Shown: piece by piece, positions 1-11,003 of the stretch
Numbering within the stretch: position 1 is the first letter of the stretch
Layout of the letters: the number at the start of each line of letters is the position of its first letter
DNA from: an uncultured Armatimonadetes bacterium
GTDB taxonomy: Bacteria; Armatimonadota; Hebobacteria; Hebobacterales; Hebobacteraceae
NCBI GenBank assembly: GCA_963716175.1
Contig: OY970296.1
Coordinates: 64,001 to 128,000 of the forward strand
DNA length: 64,000 nucleotides
Reading direction: 5' to 3'
Made by a program: the position numbers and the translations under genes
Notes under the pieces: generated by a model
What the model saw: the letters and a program-made list of their open reading frames with translations, nothing else
Told to the model about the DNA's origin: nothing
Databases searched by the model: none

Positions 1-1543
1 GTCTACTCCATGTGCATCTACAGCAGGACATTCCGCGATTACCTACTGGAGAAGTGCCGCACGGCAGCAGCTGCCGGAGTGGATGTGGTCAACCTGGATG
101 AGATCAACACCAGCATCGGCCTTATGTCCCGCGGTCCTAAAGGCTCGGGGTTCTGTCCGCGCTGCCTCGAGCGGTACTGCCAGTATCTCGAGGGCGATGC
201 TGCCGCGCGCGGTCGCGCCGGGGTGGGCAGCGCCAGCGACTTTCGCAAGCATGACTACAGTCTCCTCCTCCAGCATCTGCGCGAGGACGAGGCGCTATAC
301 CAGGAGTATGTCTCCTACCACGAGCGGGCTGCCTTCAAGACGATCCAGGACTTCATAGGCGAACTGCGCTCCGTGGCCGGCAATGGGCCTGACGCGATGG
401 CGATCACCGCCAACCTCGCCGGGCTGGGCGCGTTCCTGGAAGGGCAGAACAGACTCTGGGGCGCACAGTGGAGCGAGCTGATCGATTTCGTCCTGATGGA
501 GAACATCTACCTGGCCGACTCGCGGGAGTTCCACGGTGAGCCTCGTCACCTGCTCCTTCCTCGAGGGAAGTTCCTGGCCACATACCGGCTGGCCTCCTCC
601 TTCGCCTCGCGGGCCCCGGCCTGGGTGACCCCGCAGATCTACGTGCCCAAGCAGTTAGCTGGGAGGAGGAGCCTCAATTACTACTTGCTGATGTTCCTGG
701 AGGCCTATGCCAACAACGGCCGCTGGGGCTATTACTGGTGGCCAGGTGTGGATGCGGAGGCACGGCGTGCAGCGACCGCGCCGGAAGCACTCAAGGACTA
801 CACCCGATTCATACGCGATCATCGGGGCTACTACGAACGGTGCACGACGGCGAACGAGCTCGTGGTGATCTATGCGAACTCGGCTGTGCTGGCGAATCCG
901 AAGGGCCACCTCAAGTATCTGGCGCTGGCCCAGGCCCTGGCAGAAGCGGGCTACCAGTACGACGTGCTCTACTCGGGCGACGACATCTTCACCCCCAGCC
1001 GGCTGGACGCAGAGACGCTGGACAGGTATCGAGCAGTGCTCGTTCCGGAGGCTGGTAACCTCTCGGCGGACCAGCGCGAGGCACTGAGGGCCTACGCTCA
1101 GAGAGGGGGACGGGTGATCTTCTACTCGGCGAATGCGGTTGGCCCCAGTTCGCGGATCGCCACCTTCACCGATGATCGTCTCATGGACTTCTGGCGTGAG
1201 TACAAGGACCACCAGCGCCTGAGCATAGTGGCTCCGCTGGAAGACCTGGGCAGCGCACGTGTTCTGACCTCTGACCCGAACGTGAGCGTAGTCGTGTACC
1301 GGAAGCAGAGCGCCCTCATCTGCCACGTGCTGAACTATGACTACCGGGAGGGGGATGACACCGATCGCGCTGAAGCGGGACATCGAGATCAGCCTGCCGT
1401 GGTCAGGGCGCGAGGCGCAGCGCACCGTTCGCTGGTTGTCCTTGCAGGGGGAGGAGGAGGTCGCCGGCCGCGTGAAGGGCGGCCGTCTGAGATTCACCAT
1501 CCCCTCAGTTGATGCCTACGGGCTAGCGATAGTCGGGAGCTGA
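1..1543 (+). CDS. Putative glycoside hydrolase-like protein (TIM barrel + class I GATase-like/trimerisation domain); 5' partial, frameshift near 1362
   Basis: ORF 10..1512 with DVVNLDE, C-x2-C and 'LAQALAEAGYQYDVL..YRAVLVP' trimerisation-like segment. The natural C-terminus (IALKRDIEISLP..FTIPSVDAYGLAIV) continues in ORF 1337..1543. Confidence 0.5.
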
Positions 1544-1551
1544 AAACCACA

Positions 1552-1577
1552 GGCGGAGCGCCGTGCGGCGCTCCGCC
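1552..1577. terminator. 11-bp stem hairpin GGCGGAGCGCC-N4-GGCGCTCCGCC between convergent genes
   Basis: Perfect inverted repeat; identical stems at 49981 and 50291. Confidence 0.6.
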
Positions 1578-1627
1578 CGCTCAACTGCAGACCCGTTGCC
1601 TGGCCTCCAGCGAGAGGCCTGGCGGGC

Positions 1628-2727
1628 CTAGTAAAGCACGCCAACGTCCGGGTAGCAGTAATTCGGAGCCAGTCCGCCCGTGTCAGCGGAGCTCGTGGGT
1701 CCCATGATACTGACCCCCTGGATACCCCTGTTGACGAGTGATCCCCCGAAGCAACCGCAGCTATAGCGCGGCGATTGAGCAAGGATACTCTCGCTGCTAA
1801 ACCAGGAAGCGTGGCCGTCGAGGAATCCCACGTTGCTGCCGCCCAGGTGGCGAGCCCGGTCCTTGCGATTCTGCGGGTCCCTAATCATATCGAACTGCTT
1901 CCCACAGGTCTGGGTCCAGCTGCAGTTCGACCAGTCGGCCTGCCAGCAAGGGCAAGCCAGGGCACAGAGGTCAGGATAGGCCAGCGACGCAGCGGAGATC
2001 AGCCCCGGGTTGGCGCCACCATCGGCCACGACAACAAACCAGGAGCTGTCACCAACCGCCGACGTCTTCAGTTCGGCCCCCCCTTTCCTGCCCACGAGGG
2101 GCCGTTGACCGCCATGTTCTGGACAAAGGCGCCGGTCTGCACACCGCCCTCGGCCCTGGTCGCACCATATTCCTGCTGGATGATCGAGTCGGTCACACTT
2201 CCACCCCAGCCGGAAGGCCACGATGTCATGCAGGGCCCGACGGGGCTGCTGTACCCCCACTGCCCTTCCGTGGCCTTCAGATACCCGAGCCAGTCCGGGA
2301 AGCGGATGATGAATGTAGCGCCATGGTCCGTGCGCGAGCTGGGGCATCGCCAGACATCGCGGTTCTTGATATACTCGTCCAAGACCACGGGCCAGCGCAG
2401 GTAGGGGTTGGCGTCCTCGAAGTCTCCCGTGTAGATGATCTCGCAGTCCTCGCCACCTGTTCCGCCCGCAGGGCCTCCGCCAGGCGCCGCGTCGAAGTAG
2501 TCGAATACGTCTGTGCGATGCTCGAGAGGCGGCAGCCGGTCGTAGTCCGTGAGGTACATCTGCACCGCCATGGCGATGTTCTTCACGTTCGAGAGGCACT
2601 GAATCTTGCGAGCCGATTCGCACGCTCGCGCGAACACAGGAAACAGCATGGCCGCGAGGATCGCTATGATCGCGATCACCACTAGCAGCTCGATCAAGGT
2701 GAAGCCCTTCTCGCCTCCTCGTCTCAT
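1628..2727 (-). pseudogene. Prepilin-type N-methylation / H-X9-DG (DUF1559-like) protein P1, frameshifted at a G7 run (2077-2083)
   Basis: ORF 2068..2727 has G|[24 protein letters not shown]. The C-terminal half with RHLGGSNVGFLDGHA is in the frame ending at 1628. Confidence 0.85.
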
Positions 2728-3101
2728 TGCGAACCTCCGGTGCCAAATGCAGAGTCTCTAACGAAGCTTTTCGCCATGATAGACCAGAACTCACGTGGCC
2801 GCGCCACCGCGGCCTCGAGCGAGTTCTGATCCATCTGAGATGCGCCGAGGTGAGCACCCAAAGATGGGACGACCCACTGCTCTCCTCACCACCTCCTTAC
2901 CGCCGGACATGCTGTGCTCGGCGTTCCCGCCTTCCCTACAGCACGCCGCCTTCCACCCCGTCGCCCCTACCTAGGGCTTGGCTGGACCTCCGATCCGGCT
3001 GGTGCGACCTCGCCCGAACCCTTCAGCCATGAGCCAAAGCCGATAGACGGCTCTGCAGCACATGGACCGACAGCGCATGCGTCACAAGCTGTCCCTCAAC
3101 C

Positions 3102-3157
3102 TTGACGTTCAGGCCGGGTGGCGCTAGTATGATAACGATTTCATACCGGGTCGTCAA
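3102..3157. promoter_or_regulatory. Overlapping divergent sigma70 promoters with LacI-type operator
   Basis: Plus strand TTGACG(3102)-17-TAGTAT; minus strand TTGACG(3157)-17-TATCAT; CG-centred imperfect palindrome ATGATAACGATTTCAT at 3129-3144. Confidence 0.65.
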
Positions 3158-3438
3158 GGGGGTCGTACGGATCTGGGCGGGGATGGCGCTGAGTTGCGAG
3201 ACGGGGAGCTCGGGGCTGTCCCTGGGAGGCGGGTCGCTACCTGCCGCAGGAGGACCATCCCGGTGACCACGAGGGAACAGGTGGGCGACTGTGGCAGGGC
3301 TGCGGGGGAGAGCGCGTCGAACTGGGCGAGGGACCTGATCGCCAGATCGTGGCTGCGTCAGTTGCCTCGGCGAGACCTCCACCGCGCTCTTGCTGGGCGA
3401 GAAGTCTCGTTGAGTTCTACACGAAAGGAGCGGGAGCG

Positions 3439-4863
3439 ATGAAAGTCGCGGTGATCGGTGCAGGGAGCATTGTGTTTGCGAAGACGCTGCTCAACGACAT
3501 GCTGGCGACGCCGGCCCTATCGGGGGGCGAGTACGCACTGATGAGCCGGACCGAGCCAAAGCTTCGGCGGATGGAGGCCTTCGCCCAGCGCATGGTCAAC
3601 GAGAACGGGTTGTCTGCCAAAGTCTGGGCGACGCTGGATCGGCGGGAGGCGATCCAGGACGCCGACTACGTGATCTGCATGATCCAGGTGGGGGGGATTG
3701 ATGCGTTCAAACTGGACTACGAGATCCCGCTGAAGTACGGGGTTGACCAGTGCATCGGCGACAGCCTGGGGCCGGGCGGCGTGATGCGGGCGGCGCGGTC
3801 TGTCCCGGTGCTGGTCGAGATGGCGAAGGACATTGACGAGGTGGCCAAGCCGGGCGCCATCTTGCTGAACTACACCAACCCCATGGGGATCTGCTGCTAT
3901 GCACTGGGTCGGTGGTCCAACGTCTCCTACATCGGGCTGTGTCATGGCGTGCAGACCACTCTCGATCTGATCTCCGGATACGTCGGGGTGCCGAAAGCCG
4001 AGATTGATTTCACGTGCGCCGGCATTAACCATATGGCCTGGTTCCTGAAGATAGAGCATAGAGGCAGGGACCTCTACCCGTTGTTCAAAGCGAACTGCGA
4101 GAGGCCTGAGTACTACGTCAACGAGAAGGTCCGCATTGAGGTGATGCGACACTTCGGCTACTTCATGACCGAGAGCACCGGCCATCTGTCCGAGTATGTC
4201 CCGTGGTTCCGCAGCAGCGAACGCGCGGTCAAGGAATTCTGCGACCAGCCGGCCTTCGGTGGGGAGTCCGGGGCCTACTATAGGTGGGGCGCGGCGGTGG
4301 CGGAGAAGTACGCCCGGGTTGACCCGCTTGAGTTCGAGTCGCCCAAGCTTCAGCCGCGCAGTGCCGAGTACTGCTCCTACGTGTTGGAGGCGAAGCAGAC
4401 GGGCGTGCCGTTCAAGCTCCAGGGGAACGTCAAGAACGAGGGCTGCATCACGAACCTGCCGCCCGGTTCCTGCGTCGAGGTGCCGGTCTATGTGGACAAG
4501 CAGGGCCTGCACCCGCTGCGGGTCGGGGATCTGCCTCCCCAGTGCGCCGCCCTGAACCAGAGCAACGTGACTGTGCAGGGCCTGGCCGGTGAGGGGGCAA
4601 TGGCGGGCGATCCTGAGCTGGTGATGCCGGCGATGGCGATGGACCCGTTGACATCGGCCTGCTGCACGTTGCGCGAGGTGCGCGAGATGGCGGGCGAGAT
4701 GATCGAGGCCGAGAAGCAGTGGCTACCGCAGTTTGCGGGCAAGAAGCTCCGGCCCACTCCGAGTATCCGCGTCCCCGCCGGCGTGAAGCCGGCCGAAGTC
4801 CCGCTGGATCCCGCGCTGGCCATCGGCAAGCGGTTCATGACGCTGATTCAGCAGAAGACGTGA
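3439..4863 (+). CDS. melA: GH4 alpha-galactosidase/alpha-glucosidase (NAD+/Mn-dependent)
   Basis: MKVAVIGAGS, DQCIGDSLGPGG, NYTNP, GLCHGVQ, AGINH, TESTGHLSEY motifs; SD AAGGAG upstream of ATG 3439. Confidence 0.9.
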   Translation: MKVAVIGAGSIVFAKTLLNDMLATPALSGGEYALMSRTEPKLRRMEAFAQRMVNENGLSAKVWATLDRREAIQDADYVICMIQVGGIDAFKLDYEIPLKYGVDQCIGDSLGPGGVMRAARSVPVLVEMAKDIDEVAKPGAILLNYTNPMGICCYALGRWSNVSYIGLCHGVQTTLDLISGYVGVPKAEIDFTCAGINHMAWFLKIEHRGRDLYPLFKANCERPEYYVNEKVRIEVMRHFGYFMTESTGHLSEYVPWFRSSERAVKEFCDQPAFGGESGAYYRWGAAVAEKYARVDPLEFESPKLQPRSAEYCSYVLEAKQTGVPFKLQGNVKNEGCITNLPPGSCVEVPVYVDKQGLHPLRVGDLPPQCAALNQSNVTVQGLAGEGAMAGDPELVMPAMAMDPLTSACCTLREVREMAGEMIEAEKQWLPQFAGKKLRPTPSIRVPAGVKPAEVPLDPALAIGKRFMTLIQQKT

Positions 4864-4924
4864 GACGCTGAGCCGGTCCCGGCGGAGCCCTTTTGGGCGC
4901 TGACGGAGAGAAGGAGAAGATGCT

Positions 4925-5602
4925 GTGAGGCGCTCTGAGATCAACCGCTTGATGGATGAGTCGCTCGCGTTCGCGAAGTCACACGGTTTCCTGGTGCCGC
5001 CGTTCGCCGTCTGGTCGCCAGCGGAATGGCGAACGAAGGGACCCGAAGCGGATGAGATCCGAGACTGCATGCTGGGTTGGGACTTGACGGATTTCGGCTC
5101 GGGCGATTTCCACAGGGTCGGCCTCATAATGTTCACGATGCGCAACGGTCACCTCACAGACCCACGATACACCAAGCCGTATTGCGAGAAGATGCTGATC
5201 AGCGAGGAGCAGCAGGTGACACCCTTGCACTTCCACTGGAGCAAGAGCGAGGACATCATCAACCGGGGCGGCGGCGATCTCGCGGTGCAGCTCTACAGTT
5301 CGACGCCGGAGGAGGAGCTGGACGAACGCGACATTGCGGTCTCGGTGGACGGGTTGGTCCGTACTGTTCAGGCGGGCGGCATTATCATGCTGTCGCCTGG
5401 CGAGAGCATCTTCCTGCCCCATGGGCTGTACCACCAGTTCTGGGGCGAGAAAGGCAAAGTGTTGATAGGGGAGGTCTCCTCTATCAACGATGACAGAACC
5501 GACAACCGATTCCATCCGAAGGTGGGACGCTTCCCGGCGATTGAGGAGGATGAGCAGCCTAGGTATCCGCTGTTCTCGGAGTACCCGAGGCCTGCGAGAT
5601 GA
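4925..5602 (+). CDS. D-lyxose/D-mannose family sugar isomerase (cupin)
   Basis: GWDLTDFG, YCEKMLI..QVTPLHFHWSKSEDIINRGG, GEVSSINDDRTDNRF. Confidence 0.9.
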   Translation: MRRSEINRLMDESLAFAKSHGFLVPPFAVWSPAEWRTKGPEADEIRDCMLGWDLTDFGSGDFHRVGLIMFTMRNGHLTDPRYTKPYCEKMLISEEQQVTPLHFHWSKSEDIINRGGGDLAVQLYSSTPEEELDERDIAVSVDGLVRTVQAGGIIMLSPGESIFLPHGLYHQFWGEKGKVLIGEVSSINDDRTDNRFHPKVGRFPAIEEDEQPRYPLFSEYPRPAR

Positions 5603-5666
5603 GCTCAACGGCGGGCCTGGCAGGACGGTATGCTTGCAGCCGTCACCGAGGATCAGGAGGTAGAAC

Positions 5667-6512
5667 GTGAGACTGGGCGGCCCTGTCTTTGTCGAGTCGA
5701 GCGATCCCGAGGTGATCGCGCGAGCACACCGCGCTCTCGGGTACAAGGCAGCGTACACTCCAGCCGGACTGCGTCTAGGAGAGAGCGACCGGGTCAGAGT
5801 GGTACGTGAGGCCTTCGCCAAGCATGACGTGATCATCGCCGAGACCGGGGTCTGGAACAACTTGATGGATCCCGACGAGAGCAAGCGCATGGCGAACCTT
5901 CAGGCGGTGACTGAGGGTCTCGCGCTCGCCGACGAGTTGGGCGCTCGGTGCTGTGTGAACATCGCGGGTGGGTTCAATGCGGACTTCTGGGCCGGCCCCA
6001 ACAGGAGGAACTTCTCTCAGATCGCCTTTGACCTCGCGGTTGAGAATGCGCGGAAGATCATTGATGCGGTGAGACCGAAGGCCGCCAAGTTCACGTACGA
6101 GATGATGCCGCACATGCTGCCCGACAGCGCGGACCGCTATCTCAAGCTGATCGAAGCTGTGGACAGGCCGGCCTTTGGGGTACACCTGGACATCGTAAAC
6201 GCGATAAACAGCCCCGAGCGCGCATACGATAGCGCGGCTGTCATCAAGAACTGCATCGAAAAGCTCGGGCGGTACGTGGTGTCCTGTCACCTCAAGGACG
6301 TCCTGCTCGAGAACGACATCACCGTCCGATTCAAGGAGGTTCCGCTGGGCGAGGGGGGCTTCGACATCGCCGCGTACCTCAAGGGGATCGCTGGGCTGGC
6401 GCAGCAGCCGCCGGCGATGCTGGAGCACTTGAGCACGCCCGCTGAATACGACCGGGCCCGCACATACGCACTGAAGCTCGCGCAGGACCTCGGGGTGGCT
6501 TTCGAGACCTGA
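5667..6512 (+). CDS. Sugar phosphate isomerase/epimerase (xylose isomerase-like TIM barrel)
   Basis: YEMMP, HLDIVN, CHLKD, MLEHL metal-binding pattern. Confidence 0.85.
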   Translation: MRLGGPVFVESSDPEVIARAHRALGYKAAYTPAGLRLGESDRVRVVREAFAKHDVIIAETGVWNNLMDPDESKRMANLQAVTEGLALADELGARCCVNIAGGFNADFWAGPNRRNFSQIAFDLAVENARKIIDAVRPKAAKFTYEMMPHMLPDSADRYLKLIEAVDRPAFGVHLDIVNAINSPERAYDSAAVIKNCIEKLGRYVVSCHLKDVLLENDITVRFKEVPLGEGGFDIAAYLKGIAGLAQQPPAMLEHLSTPAEYDRARTYALKLAQDLGVAFET

Positions 6513-6602
6513 GTCGCTGCCTTCCGTTCACAATGGCCGTCGTCCAGTCTGTGGGCGTGGCAGTGCCCAGGCTCGCGGAGGCGGTTGTGTCGAGAGCCCG
6601 CG

Positions 6603-6799
6603 GTGTCCAGAGAATCGTCTGCCTTCCAGGACCCTGACGTAGCGATACCGACGCCTCGAAGATCCCCACTATGCTGACTCCCGAAGACAACGCGGCGCCG
6701 CTGGGCGGCGCTCACCGCTCGCGGATCATACCCGAAGGAGGTAGCCCGAGCAACCCAGAAGTCTCTTGGTCGCGGTCCTACAGGACCTCGACACCCGCA
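6603..6799 (-). mobile_element. Left-end remnant of IS family A (IRL + first transposase codons) joined to a solo end of IS family B
   Basis: Minus strand from 6799 reads TGCGGGTGTCGAGGTCCTGTAGGACCG, similar to the IRL at 20302, and encodes GVSIVGIFEASVSL. 6604-6630 resembles the ends at 11114-11140 and 34510-34537. Confidence 0.7.
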
Positions 6800-6924
6800 A
6801 GCGGCTCCGTCCGATGCCGAAGATTAGCGTGCCCAAGGATGTGAAACCGGCCTAGGCACCATTGGACCCCGCCCTGGCCATCGGCAAGCGCTTCGACACA
6901 CTGATCGAGCAGAAGACGAGCTAG
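6800..6924 (+). pseudogene. 3' remnant of a second GH4 paralogue
   Basis: Encodes RLRPMPKISVPKDVKP..PLDPALAIGKRFDTLIEQKTS*, matching the C-terminus of 3439..4863. Confidence 0.75.
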
Positions 6925-7012
6925 GCGGGAGGACTCGTTCTCGGCAGGTCCGTCTCTGGGCCGCGCAGGATTTCCCACGCGCCAGACTACGTGGGGACAT
7001 CGGAGGTGTGGG

Positions 7013-9592
7013 ATGCAACCAGCGGTTGATGGACCGTCAACTCGCCTCTTTCGCCCCGTCCCAATACGCGGGAATCTGAGCTTCGAGGCGCTTCGCTCCT
7101 CCGGAGCTCTATCCGAGGAGATGCGGGCGGCCCTGGAGCATGCTCCGCGCGGCAATTGTGTCTGTCAGGGGATTCCCTTTCAGGTGCGCAGGCCCGTGCT
7201 CGTGAAGGACAGGCCCGTGGCGGTGAGGTCCGAGGCGGTCGAGGCCCAGTGGCTCGTGTTCATGCACACCTCCGATCTGCGGCCCTCGGAGACCGATGCC
7301 CACGGGTTCCCAAAGGGCACCGCTGGCCTGGGCCGCCTGGGTGAGCATGCCGCAGACTACGTCATTCTGTACGCTGACGGCACCGAAGAGAGGGTGTCCA
7401 TCCGCAGGCGACATGAGATAGGAGCCTTCTCCCGCGGCTGGGGCGAGAACTGCTTTCAAGCAGTGGCGCACAGAAAGCGCCGTCCCGTGCCGGCTCACCA
7501 CGAGCAGTATCAGGCCCTCGGATGGGGTGGCAGTCAGACCAGGGCGAGCGCTGGCGATGGCGGGCCCTGGGTCAACTGGCTGTGCGCGTGGCGCAACCCG
7601 CATCCGCGGCGGGCCGTCGTTGGCCTTCGTCTCGAACCCGTGAGTGGGGCGGTCCTGCTCTCCGCCATCTCGGCCGGCCAGGCCTCGTCACCTCCCCTGC
7701 GTTGGCTGACCCGGAGGAAGGCAGTGCTGCGCCTGCCGAGAGGGGAGGAGTCTGACCAGAACCTCGACGAGCAGGGTCGGCTCTCGCAGATCCAGCTCGA
7801 CCTGGGCCAGGTGATCTCGGCCTCCAGGCGGCCGCTGTATCCCAACCGCGCCTGGGACAGCACATCCAACAACAGCCTGCCGGAGGTCTCCAAGAGAGAG
7901 GTCCTGGTCGAGTACACCGCCCATCCGGACGCCTGCTTCCATCTGCGCGGCGGCCGGACCGTCCCCGTGAAGCGGCTCGCCGAGCGAGACCGACTGGGCC
8001 TTCTCGCCCCGGTCGCGCCAGCCAACCAACCTGTGCAGATCCGGGTGCTCGACAAGAATTCCGGCGAACCCGTGGCGGTGAAGCTCCACATCCATGGCGC
8101 CGCTGGTGAGTACCTCGCGCCGGTGGACCGCCACCGCATCCCAAACCCGGCCTGGTTCGAGGATTACAGTTGCGACTTCGCTCATGCCGGTCTCCACTAT
8201 TGCACCTACATCCCCGGCGAGGCCCGCGCTAACTTGCCGCTCGGCAGCATCTATCTCGAGGTGTCAAAGGGCTTCGAGATCAGGCCCGTGCGCAAGAGGC
8301 TTCGCGTCACCCGCGCCACAGAAGAGATCGTCGTGGAGATCGAGAAGGTCTTGCCGTGGCGGGAACGTGGGTGGGTCAGCGCCGACACCCATGTCCACTT
8401 CCTCTCCCCCACCACCGCGCTGCTGGAGGGGGCCGGCGAAGGAGTGAACATCATCAACCTGCTGGCCTCGCAGTGGGGGGAGCTGATGACCAACGTCGGC
8501 GACTTCGACGGCAAGACGACGTGGGGCTCCAGGGAGGCGGGCGGAGATGGCGAGTATCTCGTCCGCGTCGGTACGGAGAACCGCCAGCACGTGCTCGGGC
8601 ACATCTCGCTGCTGGGCTACGAAGGGGGCCTCATCGGGCCCATGACCACCGGCGGCCCGGATGAGTCGGCGCTGGGCGATCCCGTCGGCTGCTTAATGAC
8701 CGAATGGGCGCGGCGGTGCAAGCAGCAGAATGGGCTGGTGGTGATCCCGCACTTCCCCAACCCGCGCGCCGAGACCGCTGCCACCATCGTCACCGGTGAC
8801 GCGGATGCGGTGGAGATGACTTCCTGGGGAAACCTGTACGGCGGCATCAGCCCCTATTCCTTGGCCGACTGGTATCGCTATCTCAACTGTGGCTACCTGG
8901 TCGCGGCCGTCGGCGGCACGGACAAGATGACCGCGATCACCGCGGTCGGCACCATCCGCACCTATGCCCGACTCGACCCAGGCCAGCCCTTCACCTACCA
9001 GGCCTGGAAAGAGGCCGTCCGCCAGGCCCGCACCTTCGCCACCTATGGGCCGCTGCTCGAGTTCTCGGTCGAGGGACGCCCCCCGGGGTCGCGTATCTCC
9101 CTTAATCGAACCGGAGGCACGGTTGACGTAGAGTGGGAGGTGGCAACCGTCACCGTTCCCACCTCGCGGGTCGAGCTGGTCGTCAATGGCGAGATCCGGG
9201 AGAGCCAGCGGGTCGGAGCTGGCGGGGCGCGGGGGCACTGGTCGCTCAAGCTCGACCGGAGTTCCTGGCTTGCCTTGCTGGTCCGGGGCCATTACCAGGA
9301 CAAGCCGGAGATCATCGCTGCCCACTCGTCACCGGTGATGGTCGAGCTTGCCGGGTCTCGCTTCCTCGCAGCCGCCGACGCGGTGTCAATCCTCGAGCAG
9401 ATCGAGGGCGCGCTGGCCTACCTCGACACAGTAGGAACGCGCGCCGAGAACCGAGCTTACAGGAGGATGCGCTTGCTGTTGACATCAGCACACCGCAGCC
9501 TCCACAACAGGCTGCATCAGCTGGGGCGTTACCACAACCACACCTCAGTGCAAGACCACCCGGAACACCACGTCCGTGCGAGACGGCAATGA
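7013..9592 (+). CDS. CehA/McbA-like PHP-domain metallohydrolase
   Basis: 859 aa; ADTHVHF, GTENR..GH, IPHFP, GGTD motifs. Confidence 0.75.
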   Translation: MQPAVDGPSTRLFRPVPIRGNLSFEALRSSGALSEEMRAALEHAPRGNCVCQGIPFQVRRPVLVKDRPVAVRSEAVEAQWLVFMHTSDLRPSETDAHGFPKGTAGLGRLGEHAADYVILYADGTEERVSIRRRHEIGAFSRGWGENCFQAVAHRKRRPVPAHHEQYQALGWGGSQTRASAGDGGPWVNWLCAWRNPHPRRAVVGLRLEPVSGAVLLSAISAGQASSPPLRWLTRRKAVLRLPRGEESDQNLDEQGRLSQIQLDLGQVISASRRPLYPNRAWDSTSNNSLPEVSKREVLVEYTAHPDACFHLRGGRTVPVKRLAERDRLGLLAPVAPANQPVQIRVLDKNSGEPVAVKLHIHGAAGEYLAPVDRHRIPNPAWFEDYSCDFAHAGLHYCTYIPGEARANLPLGSIYLEVSKGFEIRPVRKRLRVTRATEEIVVEIEKVLPWRERGWVSADTHVHFLSPTTALLEGAGEGVNIINLLASQWGELMTNVGDFDGKTTWGSREAGGDGEYLVRVGTENRQHVLGHISLLGYEGGLIGPMTTGGPDESALGDPVGCLMTEWARRCKQQNGLVVIPHFPNPRAETAATIVTGDADAVEMTSWGNLYGGISPYSLADWYRYLNCGYLVAAVGGTDKMTAITAVGTIRTYARLDPGQPFTYQAWKEAVRQARTFATYGPLLEFSVEGRPPGSRISLNRTGGTVDVEWEVATVTVPTSRVELVVNGEIRESQRVGAGGARGHWSLKLDRSSWLALLVRGHYQDKPEIIAAHSSPVMVELAGSRFLAAADAVSILEQIEGALAYLDTVGTRAENRAYRRMRLLLTSAHRSLHNRLHQLGRYHNHTSVQDHPEHHVRARRQ

Positions 9593-9599
9593 GACAACC

Positions 9600-11003
9600 T
9601 GCGTGTGTTGGGCGCCCATAGGGCCGTCCTGGGCGCGTTCTGGGCTTGCTCCAGCTGACTCTCTTCCGTATCATCTGGGACCGGTAGGCGGCGCCTTCGG
9701 GCGCCGTTCTTTCTTTGGGGGTCAGGACGGTGGAGATCTACGAGGCCTCGGTGTCATTGATGGTCCGGGCCCTGGTGGTGAGCGCCCGGTGGGCGGCCCG
9801 GAGCCGCCGTCTCAGCCTGGAACGGGTCTGCGCCCGTGCGGAGGCGGGAGGCGTGGCGAAGCTGGAGGCACGCATCATGGTGTTGGAGGATGCAGTGGCG
9901 TTCCGGGATGCGCGCCTGGAGGTGTTGGAGAAGCGGCTGGGAGAGGAAAGGCCGCGACGGCCCTATCCGCTGGTGGAGCGGCTGCGCCTCCTCTGGCTCA
10001 TCGAGTATTACCAGATCCCGAAAAGGAGGGTCAAGGACACCTTCGGTGTGGCTCGCTCAAGTGTTCACCGCTGGCTCAGGGCCTTCCAAGAGGGCAAGGT
10101 GGGAGGTCGCCGGAGGGCTGCCGAGCCCGTCAACAAGACGCCCAGGGAGATCGCGGAGCTGATCTGGGATATCTTCCGGCAGAATCCCGCGTGGGGCCGG
10201 CATCGGATCGCGATGACGCTGTGGGCGTTGGGCGTGTTCATCGCCGCCTCCACCGTGCGCAACATCCTATGCAGGCCGATGCCAGCCGGTGCATCGCCCC
10301 AGTCGGCGAGTACATGCAAGGCAGAAGAGAAGCCGCGGCAGATCGTGGCTCGCTACCCGAACCACGTGTGGAGCGTAGATCGCACCCGGGTGTGGCGATG
10401 GCGTATCTGGCCCACCTGGGCGCTTGTGGCGATTGACCATTCCTCCCGCGCGGTGACGGCCGTGGCCCCGCTGGAAGGACCCAACGCGGGCTGGGCTATC
10501 GACGCCTTGGAGCAAGCCTTCCTGCGCCACGGGCCCCCCAAGCACCTGATCAGCGACCAGGAAGGCGTCTTCGTGGGTGAGCTGTTCGCGCAACTGCTGA
10601 GGGACTGGAATGTGAAGCAACGCGTCGGGGCGGTAGGCAAGCACAGCTCCATCGCGGTCACGGAACGCCTGATCTGGACGCTCAAACACGAATGGCCCGC
10701 GCGAGTCGTGCTCATCCGGGGCCTGGATCACCTGGGCGAACTGCTCGCAGACTTCCAGCTGTACTACAACCAGTGCCGGTGCCATCGGCGGCTCCATGGC
10801 GCAACCCCCTCGATGCTGTATGAGGGACGGAACTGGCAGAAGCCAGACCGATCCGCGAGGCGAGTGGTAAGCCCGATCCGGCTACGGCACTTCCGCGAGC
10901 AGCGGATCACCGTCTATGAGCTGGCTGCCTGAGAACCAATGATGTCCTCAGCGCTCCGAAGAAGCGGTTCCCGCTGCGGTATCAGGGGTCCCCGACGTAC
11001 GCA
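9600..11003 (+). mobile_element. IS family A copy 1 (DDE/rve, IS481/IS3-like), ~1.4 kb
   Basis: Imperfect IRs TGCGTGTGTTGGG ... CCCGACGTACGCA; homologous to 20302 and 24810; no clear TSD. Confidence 0.85.
9715..10932 (+). CDS. DDE transposase (HTH + integrase core)
   Basis: WSVD, HLISDQEG, TERLIWTLKHE catalytic motifs; TTG start after a GC hairpin. Confidence 0.9.
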   Translation: MGVRTVEIYEASVSLMVRALVVSARWAARSRRLSLERVCARAEAGGVAKLEARIMVLEDAVAFRDARLEVLEKRLGEERPRRPYPLVERLRLLWLIEYYQIPKRRVKDTFGVARSSVHRWLRAFQEGKVGGRRRAAEPVNKTPREIAELIWDIFRQNPAWGRHRIAMTLWALGVFIAASTVRNILCRPMPAGASPQSASTCKAEEKPRQIVARYPNHVWSVDRTRVWRWRIWPTWALVAIDHSSRAVTAVAPLEGPNAGWAIDALEQAFLRHGPPKHLISDQEGVFVGELFAQLLRDWNVKQRVGAVGKHSSIAVTERLIWTLKHEWPARVVLIRGLDHLGELLADFQLYYNQCRCHRRLHGATPSMLYEGRNWQKPDRSARRVVSPIRLRHFREQRITVYELAA

